64,000 bases of DNA, from NCBI RefSeq assembly GCF_009834535.1, contig NC_045696.1, forward strand, positions 744,001-808,000, read 5' to 3'. Both the position numbers and the translations under genes were made by a program. The notes below the pieces were generated by a model that saw only the letters and a program-made list of their open reading frames with translations, did no database searches and was not told where the DNA came from. This document shows positions 12,010-24,001 of this stretch, piece after piece. Numbering within the stretch: the first letter of the stretch is position 1; each line of letters starts with the position of its first letter. Source of the DNA: Camelus ferus (taxonomy: Eukaryota).

Positions 12010-13080
12010 TTAGAATTCCGTATTAAAAGGGTGTCTAAGAGAACATCATATGTTTGGACATTTGCTATCATTTTAATAAGTAACCTGTGGGTTACGCGGA
12101 AATCTTGAGGGAAATGAAAAAATACTTAGAACTGAACGACAGTGAAAATACCGTGTCACAACTCGCGCACACAGCGGAGGCAGCACCTGAAAACGTGCAG
12201 TCTCAGCTGTGTCTCTCAAGAGGCAAGTTAAAAACAGCTAATCATGCAACTCAAGGAACTGAAGGAAGCGCAGTGTCACAAAACAAGCGCAAATAAACAC
12301 GTGAGGGAATACTCGACACTCACAGAAGTCAGCCAAATGGAGAGCAATGAAAATAACGTGAAGGGCAAGTCAGAAGCTAGCACTTGGAAACGATCAATAA
12401 GCTGTACTGATGTTGGCAATGTTGAGCAAACAGGGGAGAAGACACAAGTGAGCATAGAGAATGACAACGGAGAAGTAACTGCGGGGAGAAGGAAGGCTGA
12501 AGGCTCCGCGCGGCTGGCCTCTGACGGCCCGAGCTCCGGGGTCGCGTCAGACAGAAGCCCGAGCGCAGCGCTGACGGCAGGGGCCACACAGGGAGGCTGC
12601 ACCCAGCTTCAGGACACACTGACGAGCTGCTCCAGGAACTGGGAAAGGGCGGAAGGCTGGTGTGAGCTTAATTCTGAAGCCAGCCGAGGGCAGCCAGGGC
12701 TCTGGCCACTGCCCAGCTGCGGGGAGGGCCATTCCCACTGTGCCGAGCGCAGAACAAGAAAACAAAGCAGTAGGTTCACACTAGTTACAAACGTGGATGA
12801 ACAAATTCCAAATAAAACATTAGCTCGCCAAAATTCAATAGTACGTTCTTCAAAAATTACACGAGAAAGTAATCGTCATCTGTGAATGCAAGACCTTCAA
12901 AATTGAAAGTCAGTCATTCTAATCTGCCGTATGAGTAGACTAAAGGAGAAAACTACCTCAACCAGTCAAAAAATGCGTGTGATCAGTTTCAACACCTATT
13001 AACGTCACAAACTCTGAGCAGACTGAAGATGGAAGCAAGCTTTCCTAACCTCGTGAAGCTTTGCTGCCGGATGTCCTCGC
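12010..13080 (+). mobile_element. Old L1 ORF2 remnant
   Basis: ORF 12087..12296 reads EILREMKKYLELNDSENT, matching the L1 ORF2 'EIKKYLETNENENT' region; many stops and frameshifts. Confidence 0.8.
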
Positions 13081-14259
13081 TAAGTCTGGAAGGGAGAGAA
13101 TGTGAAGCAAGGGTGGGATGGAAGAGGCCACTGTCAGCTAGGACAGCCACTGGGACCAACAGCCAAAGTCAGCCTAGCAAGGTCGCCAGGTAGGAGATGA
13201 AGCTGAACGCCAGCAGACTGGGTTTCAGCTTGGAGATGTGGGGAGCCAGGAGCACCACTCCCATCAGAACAAGAAAAACTGTACAAAGTGCAAATTAATA
13301 GCTTCTCTTGGAACCATCAGAGAATGAGGCCACAAGAGAAACACCTAGCCCCAAATCCAGACAGATAGATGCCTGTAGGATCGAGATTTGCTCACCTGAA
13401 GCCCATAACCGGTGGTAAGATGGTAAGACTGGAAATGTTTTAACAAACTGCTGAATGCTGAGTGTGGGCTAGCAAGCGAGTGAAGCCTCTGGGGGCTGCA
13501 GCCCTACGGGGGCTGGGGGAGGGGACATCACCAGTGCTGAAGGAGACCCCAGACCACCTCCCAGCTCATTCCTGGAGCCAAAGCCTTAATCTGCAGGAGG
13601 ACGGCCATGAGGGCTGGTGGAAGCCCTACAGCTGGGCAGGGATGGGGCCACAAAGCGGCTCTCCCCTGGGGGGCTGGGTAGCTGCACTCAGGCCCAGGCG
13701 GCCTCTGAAGAAAGGCCTTGGCTACCTCTAGAGGCCAAGGGAGGGCAGCCAGTAAGTGCCCAGGTGCCGGCCACTTCTGATCGGCTGACCTGGGTGGGGC
13801 TCACGAGGGTACTTGCTCAGCGATCACTCATCGCAGCGCATGTTTGCTTCCATGTGCTTCCATGCACGGGTGGTACATTTCACGGCAAAATGCGTCAAGT
13901 GACCTATTCAACATAGAAGCTAAACAACGTAATTTGTAAACTTTGCGAAGGAGGCAGGTCAGAGAGCTAGGTCCTGACAGGGGTGACTCACTGTTTCCAG
14001 ACACAAAGGCTGCCCTCAAGACCCCAGGGGCTGGCGGACAGTCCAGGACCTCATCGTGTTGCAGCATCTCCTCTTCCTGCCACCCTCCCTCGAGGGGGAG
14101 GTACAAGGACAGCCTGGACTGCAGCGAATGCTTGAGGGCAGAGCTGGAGAGCAGACACCAGGCTGCGACTGGAACCAGTTCTGGGCCTGGGCTGCCAGGT
14201 GATGGCACAGGGGGATAAGAGGTGCTGGAAGGAGAGGGGGGTGGGGGGGGTGCACTGGG

Positions 14260-16060
14260 TGACAAGGCAAAATAAAGAGTTACAGCTAACAAGCCAACAA
14301 AGAAGGCATAATGGGATAATAAAATACTAAGTGAATTCAGAAAGTCAGAAAATGAAGAAAAAGGGAACAAAGAGTATGGGACAAATACAAAACGATGAGC
14401 TGTATGACAGTTGTAAATCTAAGTATATCAACAATTACACTGAATGTAAATGGTCCAAATATCCCAATGGGAAGGCAGAGATTATCAGACTGGATTTAAA
14501 GTTACAGATGTATAAGAAATAGATTTTAAATATGAAACACGAATAGGTTAAAATAAAAGGATGGAAAAAATATGCCGTGCTAACCCTAATCTAAATAATA
14601 CAGAGAAGCTATGTTTGTATCAGACAAAGTAGGTATCAGAGGAAAGGATACTACTAGAGACAAAGAAGATAATTTCATAACAGAGGAGGAGGTTGAGCTG
14701 GAAGACATAACAACACTAAACGCTTATGCACCTAACAATAGAGTTTCAAAACAAAGCAAAAATGGATAGACCTGCAAGGAGAAACAGACAAATCCACAAA
14801 CGCAGTGAACTGCACAGACTGTAACAAACAAGATTTGCACACAAAAATCCACTGTATTCTATATACTAGCAGTGCACAATTATAAACTAAAGTTAAAACA
14901 TTTAAGTCTGTATGGTAAATATGAACTACTTCAGGGTAAGTCTGAAAGAAGACTTGTAAACCTGGATGCTGAAAACTATGAAACATTGCTGAAAAAAATT
15001 AAACATAAATAAATGCAGAGATACACCTTGTTCATGGATCAAATGACTCCGTATTGTTAACCTGTCAATTATCTTCAAATTAAGAAAATTAAAAGACAGA
15101 TTCCACACCATCTCAATCAAATCTAGCACATTTTTTTTTTGTGGAAAATTACCAGCTGATTCTAAAATTCATATAGAAATGAAAAAGGACCTATAATAGT
15201 CAAAGCAATTTTGAAAAAGAAGAACAATGTTGGAGAACACATACTTCCTAATTTTAAAACATATTATAAGGTTACAGTCATCAAAACAGTGTGGTATTGG
15301 CTTAAAGACAGACAAATAGATCAATGACCAGAACAGAGAGCCCAGAAATAAAGCCCCACGTACAGGGAGAGCTGATTTTTGATAAAGGTGCAAAGGCAAT
15401 TCAGCATGGAAACAAAATGACAGAACTTCTTGAAGGAACCACATGAGAACATCTTTGTGACTTCGGGGCAGTCAAAGATGTCTTAGATGCGACACTAAAA
15501 GCACAGTCCATGAGAGACAAGCTGATGATTTGGAAAACCTTCTGCTCTTCAGAAGACGCCACCGAGAGACTGACAAGACGAGCCACGGACTGGAGGGAAA
15601 TACACAAGAAGGACATCGCGCGTCTGATGAAGGGCTCAGTCCTGGCCATGAAGAGGGCCTTGAAACCCGATCAGAGGAGAACCGAATTAAGAAACGGGGA
15701 AAAGATCTGAACAAACACCCAGCGAAGAAGGTGTGGGTGGCAAACCAGCACGTGAAAGACGCCCCACATCATTAGTCATGAGGGAGACGCAGGTTAAAAC
15801 CACAGTGAGACATCACTGCAGCCACGAGGGGGCCCGAAACTGACAAGACAGCGCACTGCACGTCGCTGAGAATGTGGGTAACTGGGCTCTCCCTGCGGTG
15901 TGGAGAGAACGTGAAATGGTCAAACCACTTTAGAAAACAGCCGAGCAGTTTCTTAAAAAGTTAAAACATACACCTGTCACACGAGCCCACTCCTGGGTGT
16001 CTACCTGAGAGCCGAAGCGTCCGTCCAGCAGAGGCTGGTGCACGAGTGTTCGTAGCCGGC
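14260..16060 (+). mobile_element. Old L1 remnant (endonuclease start to 3' ORF2, with deletions)
   Basis: aatgtaaatggtccaaatatccca..., ccttgttcatggatc..., ttacagtcatcaaaacagtgtggtattgg, ccactttagaaaacag. Confidence 0.85.
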
Positions 16061-16189
16061 TCATCTGGGGACGTGGAGTGTGAGGCAGCTCCTCGGGGTG
16101 CCCGGCGTCGTCTGGACAGGTGACATGAGCACCTCGCCTGGACCCCTCCCTGGCCCCGCCTGAGGCACCCTCTCCCCGGCTCCTGGGGG

Positions 16190-16700
16190 TTCCTGCGTGG
16201 CGCCCCTCCTGGCCTGCTGCTTCCGCCTGGACTGCGGTCCGCTCACTGACCTCAGAGTGCACGTCTCCACAGGGGCGGGGGCAGCATGTCTCAAGTCCTC
16301 GTGTCCCAAACTGAGCTCCCGTCCACAGCCCCCAACCTCCCGCCTGCAGCCTCCGCGCTCACGGAGGACAAATCACCCTTCCAGCCTCAGACCAGGAGCC
16401 TTCATTCATGTGGCCTGGGTCCTCTTTCCTTCACAGCACATTTCTGATCTGTTGGGAATCCCGTTCGTTCTTCAAAGTGCCTCCAGGACCCAGTGCACCT
16501 GGCCTGAGTCCCACCTTCTGCTACTGCCACCTCCAGGGGGCTCCCCAGGGGCCGCCCGGCACTCCTGCTGCCGTCCACACTGGCTCCGGCTGCCCCCGCC
16601 TCCTTTCCTGGATGCGCACAGCTGGGGCCCCACATCAGGCCCACCTCCACCTGCAGCTTCTAGGGCCCCACCTTGAATACTGAGCACCCCACAACCTCCA
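16190..16700. mobile_element. GC-shifted L2 remnant
   Basis: catgtctcaagtcctcgtgtcccaaactgagctc resembles L2 'catctcaaactcaacatgtccaaaactgaactc'. Confidence 0.45.
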
Positions 16701-17632
16701 CGTGGTTGGCTTTACCCAGAGCAACTCTCGCTTTCTAGGGCTTTCCTCATCCCGTCTCCTGGCCAGCCCTGCCCTGACACTGATGGAGGTGCCCAGAGGA
16801 AGGCTTGTGTCCACCTTGTCCCTGCCACCTCCCTGGCCCTGAGCAGTGGCCAGCACCCGGCCAACACGTCCAGTGGGTGCATGAGGGAACCACAGCTCTC
16901 AACTGCCGGGCTCGCGGTGTGGCCGGGCGCTGCTGTGCTGGGCACCCAACCTCGACCAGGAAACTCCTGGGAGGGCGACGGGGGAGTGTCTGGGCAGCCT
17001 GAGCACACAGGACGAGCACCTGGCCGGAGTCTGGGAGCGGGGCAGCGTTCACACCGGGCAGACAGGAGGGGTTCCTGCCAAGAGATGAGCATTGTGGGCA
17101 GCACCCCTGGGCCACCGATGCGTGACGGGGTCTGGGCCAGGCTGTCCTCTCAGTGACGCAGGGAGGACAGTGCCCACTGCTGGAGCTCTGGCCCGACCAC
17201 ATGTCCCAGGCCCACCCACCTACTGGAGGGTCCCCTGAACCCCAGATCTGACTTGAGAGGGGCCCACACAGAGAGGCGCCCCTGGCCCCGGGACCTGGGT
17301 CCCCCAAGGGCTTCCGTGTCAAGAAGGGTGCAGTGGGGCCCCCCAGGTCAGCACAGGCGAGCCGGGCGTGCACAGGCTCCCGCTGGGAGGCACGAGCTGT
17401 GCCCTCGGAGGTGGCTGGACTCTGGGCCTGGCGTTCCCTTCCTGTCGCTTCAAGTGCGTTTGCAAAAGTAAAACCAGAAAGACTCATGCAGATCGGACGT
17501 TAACAGGTGGCAGAGGGAGGAAGAGCTGCCCCTCAGACAGCTGGCGGCCCAGGCCGGCCTCAGGGCCACGGGCGGGCACGTGCGGGCCGCGGGGCACAGA
17601 GAGGAGCCGAGCTGGTGGGGCAGCGCACCACG

Positions 17633-17638
17633 TTTATT
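17633..17638 (-). terminator. PCBP3: Polyadenylation signal AATAAA of PCBP3
   Basis: First canonical AATAAA I found on the minus strand after the stop (tttatt on +), about 575 nt downstream of it. Confidence 0.8.
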
Positions 17639-18209
17639 GAACTCGGAGCGGTGCCCGCCAAGGCGCCCCGGCCGGTCGGCGCGCTCAGCCCCGGGAAGCG
17701 GGGGCTGGCACCCCCATCCACCCTGCACCTCGGGTCAGGACCCCACCCCCTCCTCCTTCCCTCTGAACAAAGGCGGGGCACACCCCGCCCAGCGCAGACC
17801 ACAGGGGAGGGAGCCGGGTCGGCACAGGCGGAGGCGGGGAGAGGGCCACCCAAAGCAGCCGTGGCTCCAGGTGGCTGAGGAGGGGACGCGGCAGAAGGGC
17901 CGCCAAAGCGCCAAACCTACTCTTAAAACAGTTACACGGACACTAAGGGACAAGGTTTCTAAGACGTCACAGCTGGGAGTGCCCCGAAGCACGGAGAAGC
18001 ACTACACTGCATGCCGATGCGCGAGGGGCCGGCGAGGGCGAGCCGGGCGGCAGCGTCAGGGTCCGGAGCACACACAGACGGACGGACGGACCTGCGCTGC
18101 CGGTGGAGCTCCAGGGCAGAGATACTTCTTAGTAAAGAAACCTCTTTATATTTGCAAGGAGGGGCAGTCTGTACAGAGTCGTGAGCGGGCGGGCGGAGGA
18201 CCGGCGGGA

Positions 18210-18246
18210 TTACAGCGCGCCCATCCCAGTGACCTCGGACGTCAGC
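18210..18246 (-). CDS. PCBP3: PCBP3 terminal coding exon (R)LTSEVTGMGAL* followed by a 3' UTR of about 600 nt
   Basis: tttgtctcttccag|G CTG ACG TCC...CTG TAA; stop codon at 18210-18212. Confidence 0.95.
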
Positions 18247-19430
18247 CTGGAAGAGACAAAGGCACGGGGGACACAGGTCACCACGTCCTCCCAGCCCGGC
18301 TCCCCCCCGAGCTGGGGACCTGGGACCAGACCCACGGGGCCTTACTTCCCTGCCACAGGAGCCGCATGCCTGCCACAGGGGTGTGCCGACAGCCGTTTCT
18401 ATGGCAACTGCTGGAAGGGGGCACAGGAGTCACACTGCCCACGGGGCAGCTGGACGTTCCAGGATAGGGAGGGGCCGGCCCAGCTGTGGTGGCCGGGTTC
18501 TCGCCCTGGCCCTGGCAGGGAGGGCAGGTGAGGCTCCCGGCAGCTTCGCTGGCTCCGCAGGACCTCATCCTCCCCCAGAGGCGTAACCTCAGGCCCTTGC
18601 CCAGCTCCCTGCCACATGCCCAACAAGCGTCTGGGTGGGGTCCTTAGATCACAGAGGTGTGAGAGCAGGAGGCTCCAGTGGCCTGTCCCTGAAGCCACAC
18701 AACCCTTTTTGCTGCTTTTCCATTAACCCCAGCGTGTGGCTGAGCCCAGACCAGGACCCGGCCAAGGAGAGGATGCATGTGGTGGGGCATGGGCAGGTGC
18801 AGGCAGGGCGACACCCTCAGCTTGCCCTCGGGGGCAGGGGCCTCACAGGGCCCACTCCCAGGCGGATGCTGCCTCGGGGGGTGGCGGTACTGGGGGCAGA
18901 AGGCCAGCAGCCCCAGTAAGACGACAGGGGGAAGGCCAGTGAGGCCAGTCCAGTTCAACACCCCAGGGCCCCCGGGTGTGCCTCACATGTCAGCTGGAGC
19001 TGGCAGTCCGGCCACGAGGCAGGTGTGCACCGAGCCCAGCAGTGCCGACACAGGGCCCACCCCTGTCCCGCCCCCGCCCCCGCCCCCCATTCTGCACAAG
19101 GGACAAGGCAGGACACGGGCCTGTGGGGATGAGGCCTGAGGGTGAGAGGCTTAGCCTCAGACACTTCTCTGGACAAGTCCAGGGCCACCTAAAGGTGCCA
19201 ACGCCTGGCGACTTGTCTGGGGCCTTGTAGGCACCACTGCCCTGTAAATGCTCTCACCGGTGGGTAAAAGGTCAAGTGTGAAAGTGCAGAGGAGGGTGTG
19301 GGCCGTGTCCACCTGGAGACTCTGCCCACCACGCCCACCCCAACCCCCCGCCGGGAGACGGAACCTCCCGGGGGCAGGACTGACTGGCCTGTCCAGAGTC
19401 CCGTCCCGCTGGCAGGCCCCGCGGCGCTCA

Positions 19431-19601
<171 letters not shown>

Positions 19602-20472
19602 CTAGAAGGACAGAGGAGCTTCTCAGAGGAGAGTCCAGGGGGCTCAGGCGCAGTGTGTGCGGGGCTGGAGGGACAGGGAAGCTGGGCAGACAGGCCTGCC
19701 TTGGTCTCCTCACAACAGTCTCCAGAGAGAAGAGGCACCGCACACCCTCCTTCCTGCTGCAGAGGGGAGCTGTGGGCCCCGGGGCTCTGCTGGACCCCCA
19801 GCCGTGAGAAGTCCTGACAAATCAAGAGACCGTGGTCACCTTACCCAGTGTCCTCTGGGGGCCCCGAGGCCATGTGGGTGCCTCCTTGGCTGTGCCCTCA
19901 GGCTGGAGCGATGTTTGTTTGAGTGGACCTGTGAACTGCACACGTCCCCAGCCATCACCACACCCCACACACGGCTGCCCCTCCAGGACAGGTGGCCCAC
20001 TCCTGGCCTGGCGTCTTAGTTTGGGGATGGAAGTCAGCCTTCTTGGGACAATCCAAGGATTCAGAGGCCGGCTGGGAAAGGCCCCAGCATGTGAGGGGAG
20101 CTCGTAAGGCCACACTCTCGCTGAGCCTCAGGAGGAAGAGACCACAGCCTTAGACACACAAACCCAGACAAACCAGCTGCTGCAGCAGGCTCACAGGAAC
20201 CCCAAACCCTCTGGAGGGCCTGACACACAGCACACTCCCCGGCCATCTGTTCCCAAGGGCTGACCCCGAACCAGGGCAGGGCCTTCACTCGGGGTCAGCA
20301 GGGCACCCCAGCTTCCCAGGCAGCTCTGGCACCTGAATTCCAAGTAAACCCTGAAGCCCCCACCGGCTCCCTCCTTGCCTGGTATCTTGGGGATGTGGCG
20401 TCACTGCTTAACGAGGGAAGGGGGAGGGGCACACGTGGGGTCGGGGAGGGGCGAGGGCCCGGGCACACTCAC

Positions 20473-20525
20473 ATCATTGGGAATGGTGAGCTCATGAGTG
20501 CTGGCCGGGGGGCTGGCATCCAGAC
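20473..20525 (-). CDS. PCBP3: PCBP3 exon (G)LDASPPASTHELTIPND (start of KH3)
   Basis: ccccag|GT...GAT|gtgagt; 53 nt; peptide visible in ORF 20401..20598. Confidence 0.95.
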
Positions 20526-23313
20526 CTGGGGACACCAACGGGAGACGGTTAGGCTGGCGGCAGGCTGCTCCCACTGCACCCCGGGGCCCGGCCCACACTC
20601 GGCCCGCAGGCAGGCGGGGCTGGGATCTGGCCCAGGGTGAGGGTCAGCGTTGCTGAAGGCAGGGGCCTGTGAGCTCTCAGTCCCCAGCTGCAACACCGTC
20701 CTGAACCCACTTTCTCTCAAAACAAGGACAAAGAAACCCAAGCAGGATGGCAGTCCAGGTTTTGTTCTGGGCACAAATGATCTGACTCGTCTGCCACGTT
20801 GTACGTGGTGCTTGAGTCTCCTGAGGCGCCCTCCACGGGGTTCAGGGACACAGGCCTTGCTGGCCACACCCGCCCTGGGTGCCCACCCTCCCTCAGCTCT
20901 CACCCCCTGCTCTTCCCGCTTGCAGACCCTCGGCCCTGCTGCGCCACAGCTGCCCCCACCCATCCCGGCTCCGTGGCCCAGGTCCACCACACAGCTTGTC
21001 CAGTTTGGAGCAGGGAGACCTGAGAGCCGGGCCAGGGGCAGACCATGAGCTTCTATGTGGTGTCCTGGGCTGGAGATGCACTCCCAAGCCTAGTTCACTG
21101 CACGCCCCAATTTCTGTCATTACAAGCCTCAGTCCAGGGCGGACCAAGTCGGAGATAGCCTCTGAGTTCGAGGACAAGACCTTCACTTTCTTTGGAAACA
21201 GTGACAACAAAATGCAGGGTGGGCCGCGACGGGCACTGTCGGGAAAGGCGGGGTCTGTCCTCGCAGGGCAGACATCTCCACGCCAGGAGGCGTCTCAAAT
21301 GCAAAGCCCACAGCTGAGACCCTGCCTTTGGTCCCCCAGGCCCCATGTGTCCTGGTGTCATGGGCGCCGCGGCTCAGACCCAGAGCCCTCGCAACAAACC
21401 GTCACAGGCCAGCTCTCACATTTTCAGAATATTCCGGAGCCTGAGCCCTCTTCCCACCCATGCTCCCATCTCGCTGGTGTCTGCCTCTGCCCTCGTCCCG
21501 CAGTCTAATCTCCACACAGTCCACCGGGGTCACACGTGCAGCTCAGGTGCCTTCCAGACATCTCCAAGGCCGCCACGGCCCGCCTCCCCCTGGGGCTCCG
21601 CTCCTGCAACTGGCTGCAGGCCGGCACTTGTGTCCCCAGAACTTGTGTTCGTGATCGGCAGCGTCCAGGGCAGGAGTGGCCCTGGGAGGGCGGGGCTGCT
21701 CTGGCGCCACGGAGCACAGGGCTTAGTTGGCAAGTGCTGAGCGGACTCACCCAAACCGTCCGCCTTTTTCCTCTCACTTTCAATACGATCGCTTGGTTGT
21801 TCAACCATCTGACACACTCAGTCAACAATGACACTTAAAATGTCGCTTAGATTTCCTCAGACCTGAGTCCTGGCTCGGGGTGGCAGAGCTGACAGTCACA
21901 CCTGTTCACCGTGGCACATTTGAGAGGAGGGGACGTTCTCAAACAGGTACTGAAGCCAAAGGAGCCCAGTGGGGGCATCCCGCTCACGAGACGTGAGCGC
22001 TGCCACCCCGCGCGGCAGGCGAGCCTCGAGGGCGCAGGCAACCAGCGGACGTGCCCCTCGCCTGCCGCCGCGGTGGGCGCCTGTGCGTGTGGGTGTGCGT
22101 GCTCAGGCCCGGCTGGGGGTGGGAGAGTGGGGGGGCCTCCCTCCTGGGGAACTCGGGTCCCCCGGGGCCTGCGAGAGGGAGGTATCACAGGGACCTGTTA
22201 ACACGAGGCCCATGGCCCAGGGGCCGTGCGCGGGGGCACGGCGGGGTGGGGTCCGGGTACGCCAGGCCCTTGGGGCCCGGGTGGCCTCCAGGAGAACACA
22301 GCCGGGAAGCTATCTGAACTCCTGTGACGACCTGCAGGGGCTGCACAGACATACGTGTGCTGCCGCCCAGACCTGCAGCCTCGCAAAGGAGGTTATCCAC
22401 ATCCACGACCAAATACATTCTGTGAATGCTTCTCTCTAACTTGCCTCCATTAAATTCTGTGTTAACTTAGCGGCTACACAGAGACAGAACCCATGTGAGT
22501 GCCCAGAGCCCCAGAGCCGGGGTCTCAGCTCGCTCCTGAGGGGTGGGTGAAGGGCAGACGCGGCCGGCGGGGACGTCTTGGGACTTTCTCGAGCCCCGGC
22601 CTCGCCCTCCCTGAGGCCGGAACACAATGGGGGTGACAGCTGAGACCCGCAGGAAACACCCTTCTCTTGCCTTCCTGCTCTGACCCAGGCTCTCACGAGG
22701 CCCGTGGGGGTGGGAGAGTGGGTGGAGCCTCCCTCCCAGGGAACTCGCTCAGTCCAGGGCACCGGCTTCCCATGGCCTTGCTCCCAGACGGCCTGTCCAG
22801 GAGCCGTGCCCTCTGCTCCGAGCCCAAGTGACAGAGCTAGGGCTCTCCGCCCTGCCTGCCCGTCGGGGACATTTCAGCGCAAGCCTCGCCCCGAGTGGCA
22901 CCTTGGGGTGACGTCTCGTCTCCTAGGAAGCATGTGTCTGGGAGGCACACATTGTGTAAATTATCCCTACGGGCCCTAAATGCTGTGCCACCGGCAGAAT
23001 AAACAACAGCACAGACGGTGGCTCAGACACTCCGGGGGCCCTGGATGGTGCGGCCGCTGTGCTCAGAGCCCGTCAGAGCCCATGACCCACCACCGCGCTC
23101 CCAGCAGCGGCCCGGGCAGCCCTGGAGCCGGCCACTGGGGCTCCAGCCCTGCACGGCCCCGGGCGGCCCCGGCCGTCCCTCCACCGAGGCGCTGGGCTGG
23201 GTGGGCAGGCCTCCTTGCCCCCTCCTCCCGCCAGGTCGTGGCCTGGGAGCCCAGCAGGGCGGCCGCGCGGCCTTCCTGGCCTGCTTGCTCTCCGTAGCGT
23301 TGTTTTATTTTAC

Positions 23314-23373
23314 CTGACGACTGGCCCATCAGATTTTGAGCTTCTTCGGAGGAGTGTAAAGGCAGCTTTTCTC
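23314..23373 (-). CDS. PCBP3: PCBP3 60-nt symmetric exon (G)EKLPLHSSEEAQNLMGQSS(G); likely a cassette exon
   Basis: tctccag|GA...TCAG|gtaaaa; phase 1-1, so it can be skipped in frame. Confidence 0.92.
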
Positions 23374-23925
23374 CTGGAGAGCAGAGAAGAAACAGATTTA
23401 ATGTTTTGCCCTCAAGGAGATAAGCAAGGTCACTTCAACTAGGGAAGCTCAAAGTCTGACTGGTGCGCCCGGCGGGCTGCCCCAGGCCCGGCCACAGAGG
23501 CGACGCTCTGCCACTATCGGGGAACCGGGCTGGCCGCACACAGCCGAGGGGCCCGCCCTGGGCCAAGCAGCGTCCGGGGCGGGCCACCCGGGTGTGTGCT
23601 GCCTCCTGCAGGAGGACTTCCCCGCCTGCCCGTCTGGGCTCTTGCTTCTGCGAGAACATGTGTGCTCCAGGGCCAGCAGGTGGAAGGGCGCCCGCAGGCC
23701 GGCGGGCGGCAGAGCAGGGCGGACCCTGGCTTCACAGAAGGCCAGCTGCGGGGGCTGACCCACCACGGAGACAAAGACAGACCTCCCGCCCGCCCTCGGC
23801 TGCGTTGGGACCTGCGTCCCCGGCATCACGACAGGGCCGTGCCTGTGCGGCTCGCTGCCTTGAACGCAGACAGCGCGGGAAGCCCCCGGCGAGAAGGGAG
23901 GAGGTCAGAGGGCGCGGGTACGTAC

Positions 23926-24001
23926 CGGGGAGAGCGGGGTTGGTCTGTCCGAGGGGAGGAAAGGGGGGTTGCTGCATGGCCAGCTGGTGGAGCTTGGTCA
24001 G
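23926..24001 (-). CDS. PCBP3: PCBP3 exon LTKLHQLAMQQPPFPPLGQTNPALP(G) (linker)
   Basis: ccccgcag|CTG...CCCG|gtacgt; 76 nt, phase 0-1; peptide visible in ORF 23732..24139. Confidence 0.95.

Noticed and set aside
12087..12885. Lys/Glu-rich ORFs resembling a protein-coding gene
   Set aside because: Decayed L1 ORF2 with stops and frameshifts.
18145..18150. TATAAA variant poly(A) signal 60 nt after the stop
   Set aside because: Weak variant; the canonical AATAAA at 17633-17638 explains the 3' end better.
17580..18467. 295-aa ORF antisense to the PCBP3 3' end
   Set aside because: Low-complexity Arg/Gly/Pro composition expected from very high GC, a non-ATG start and no recognisable domain.
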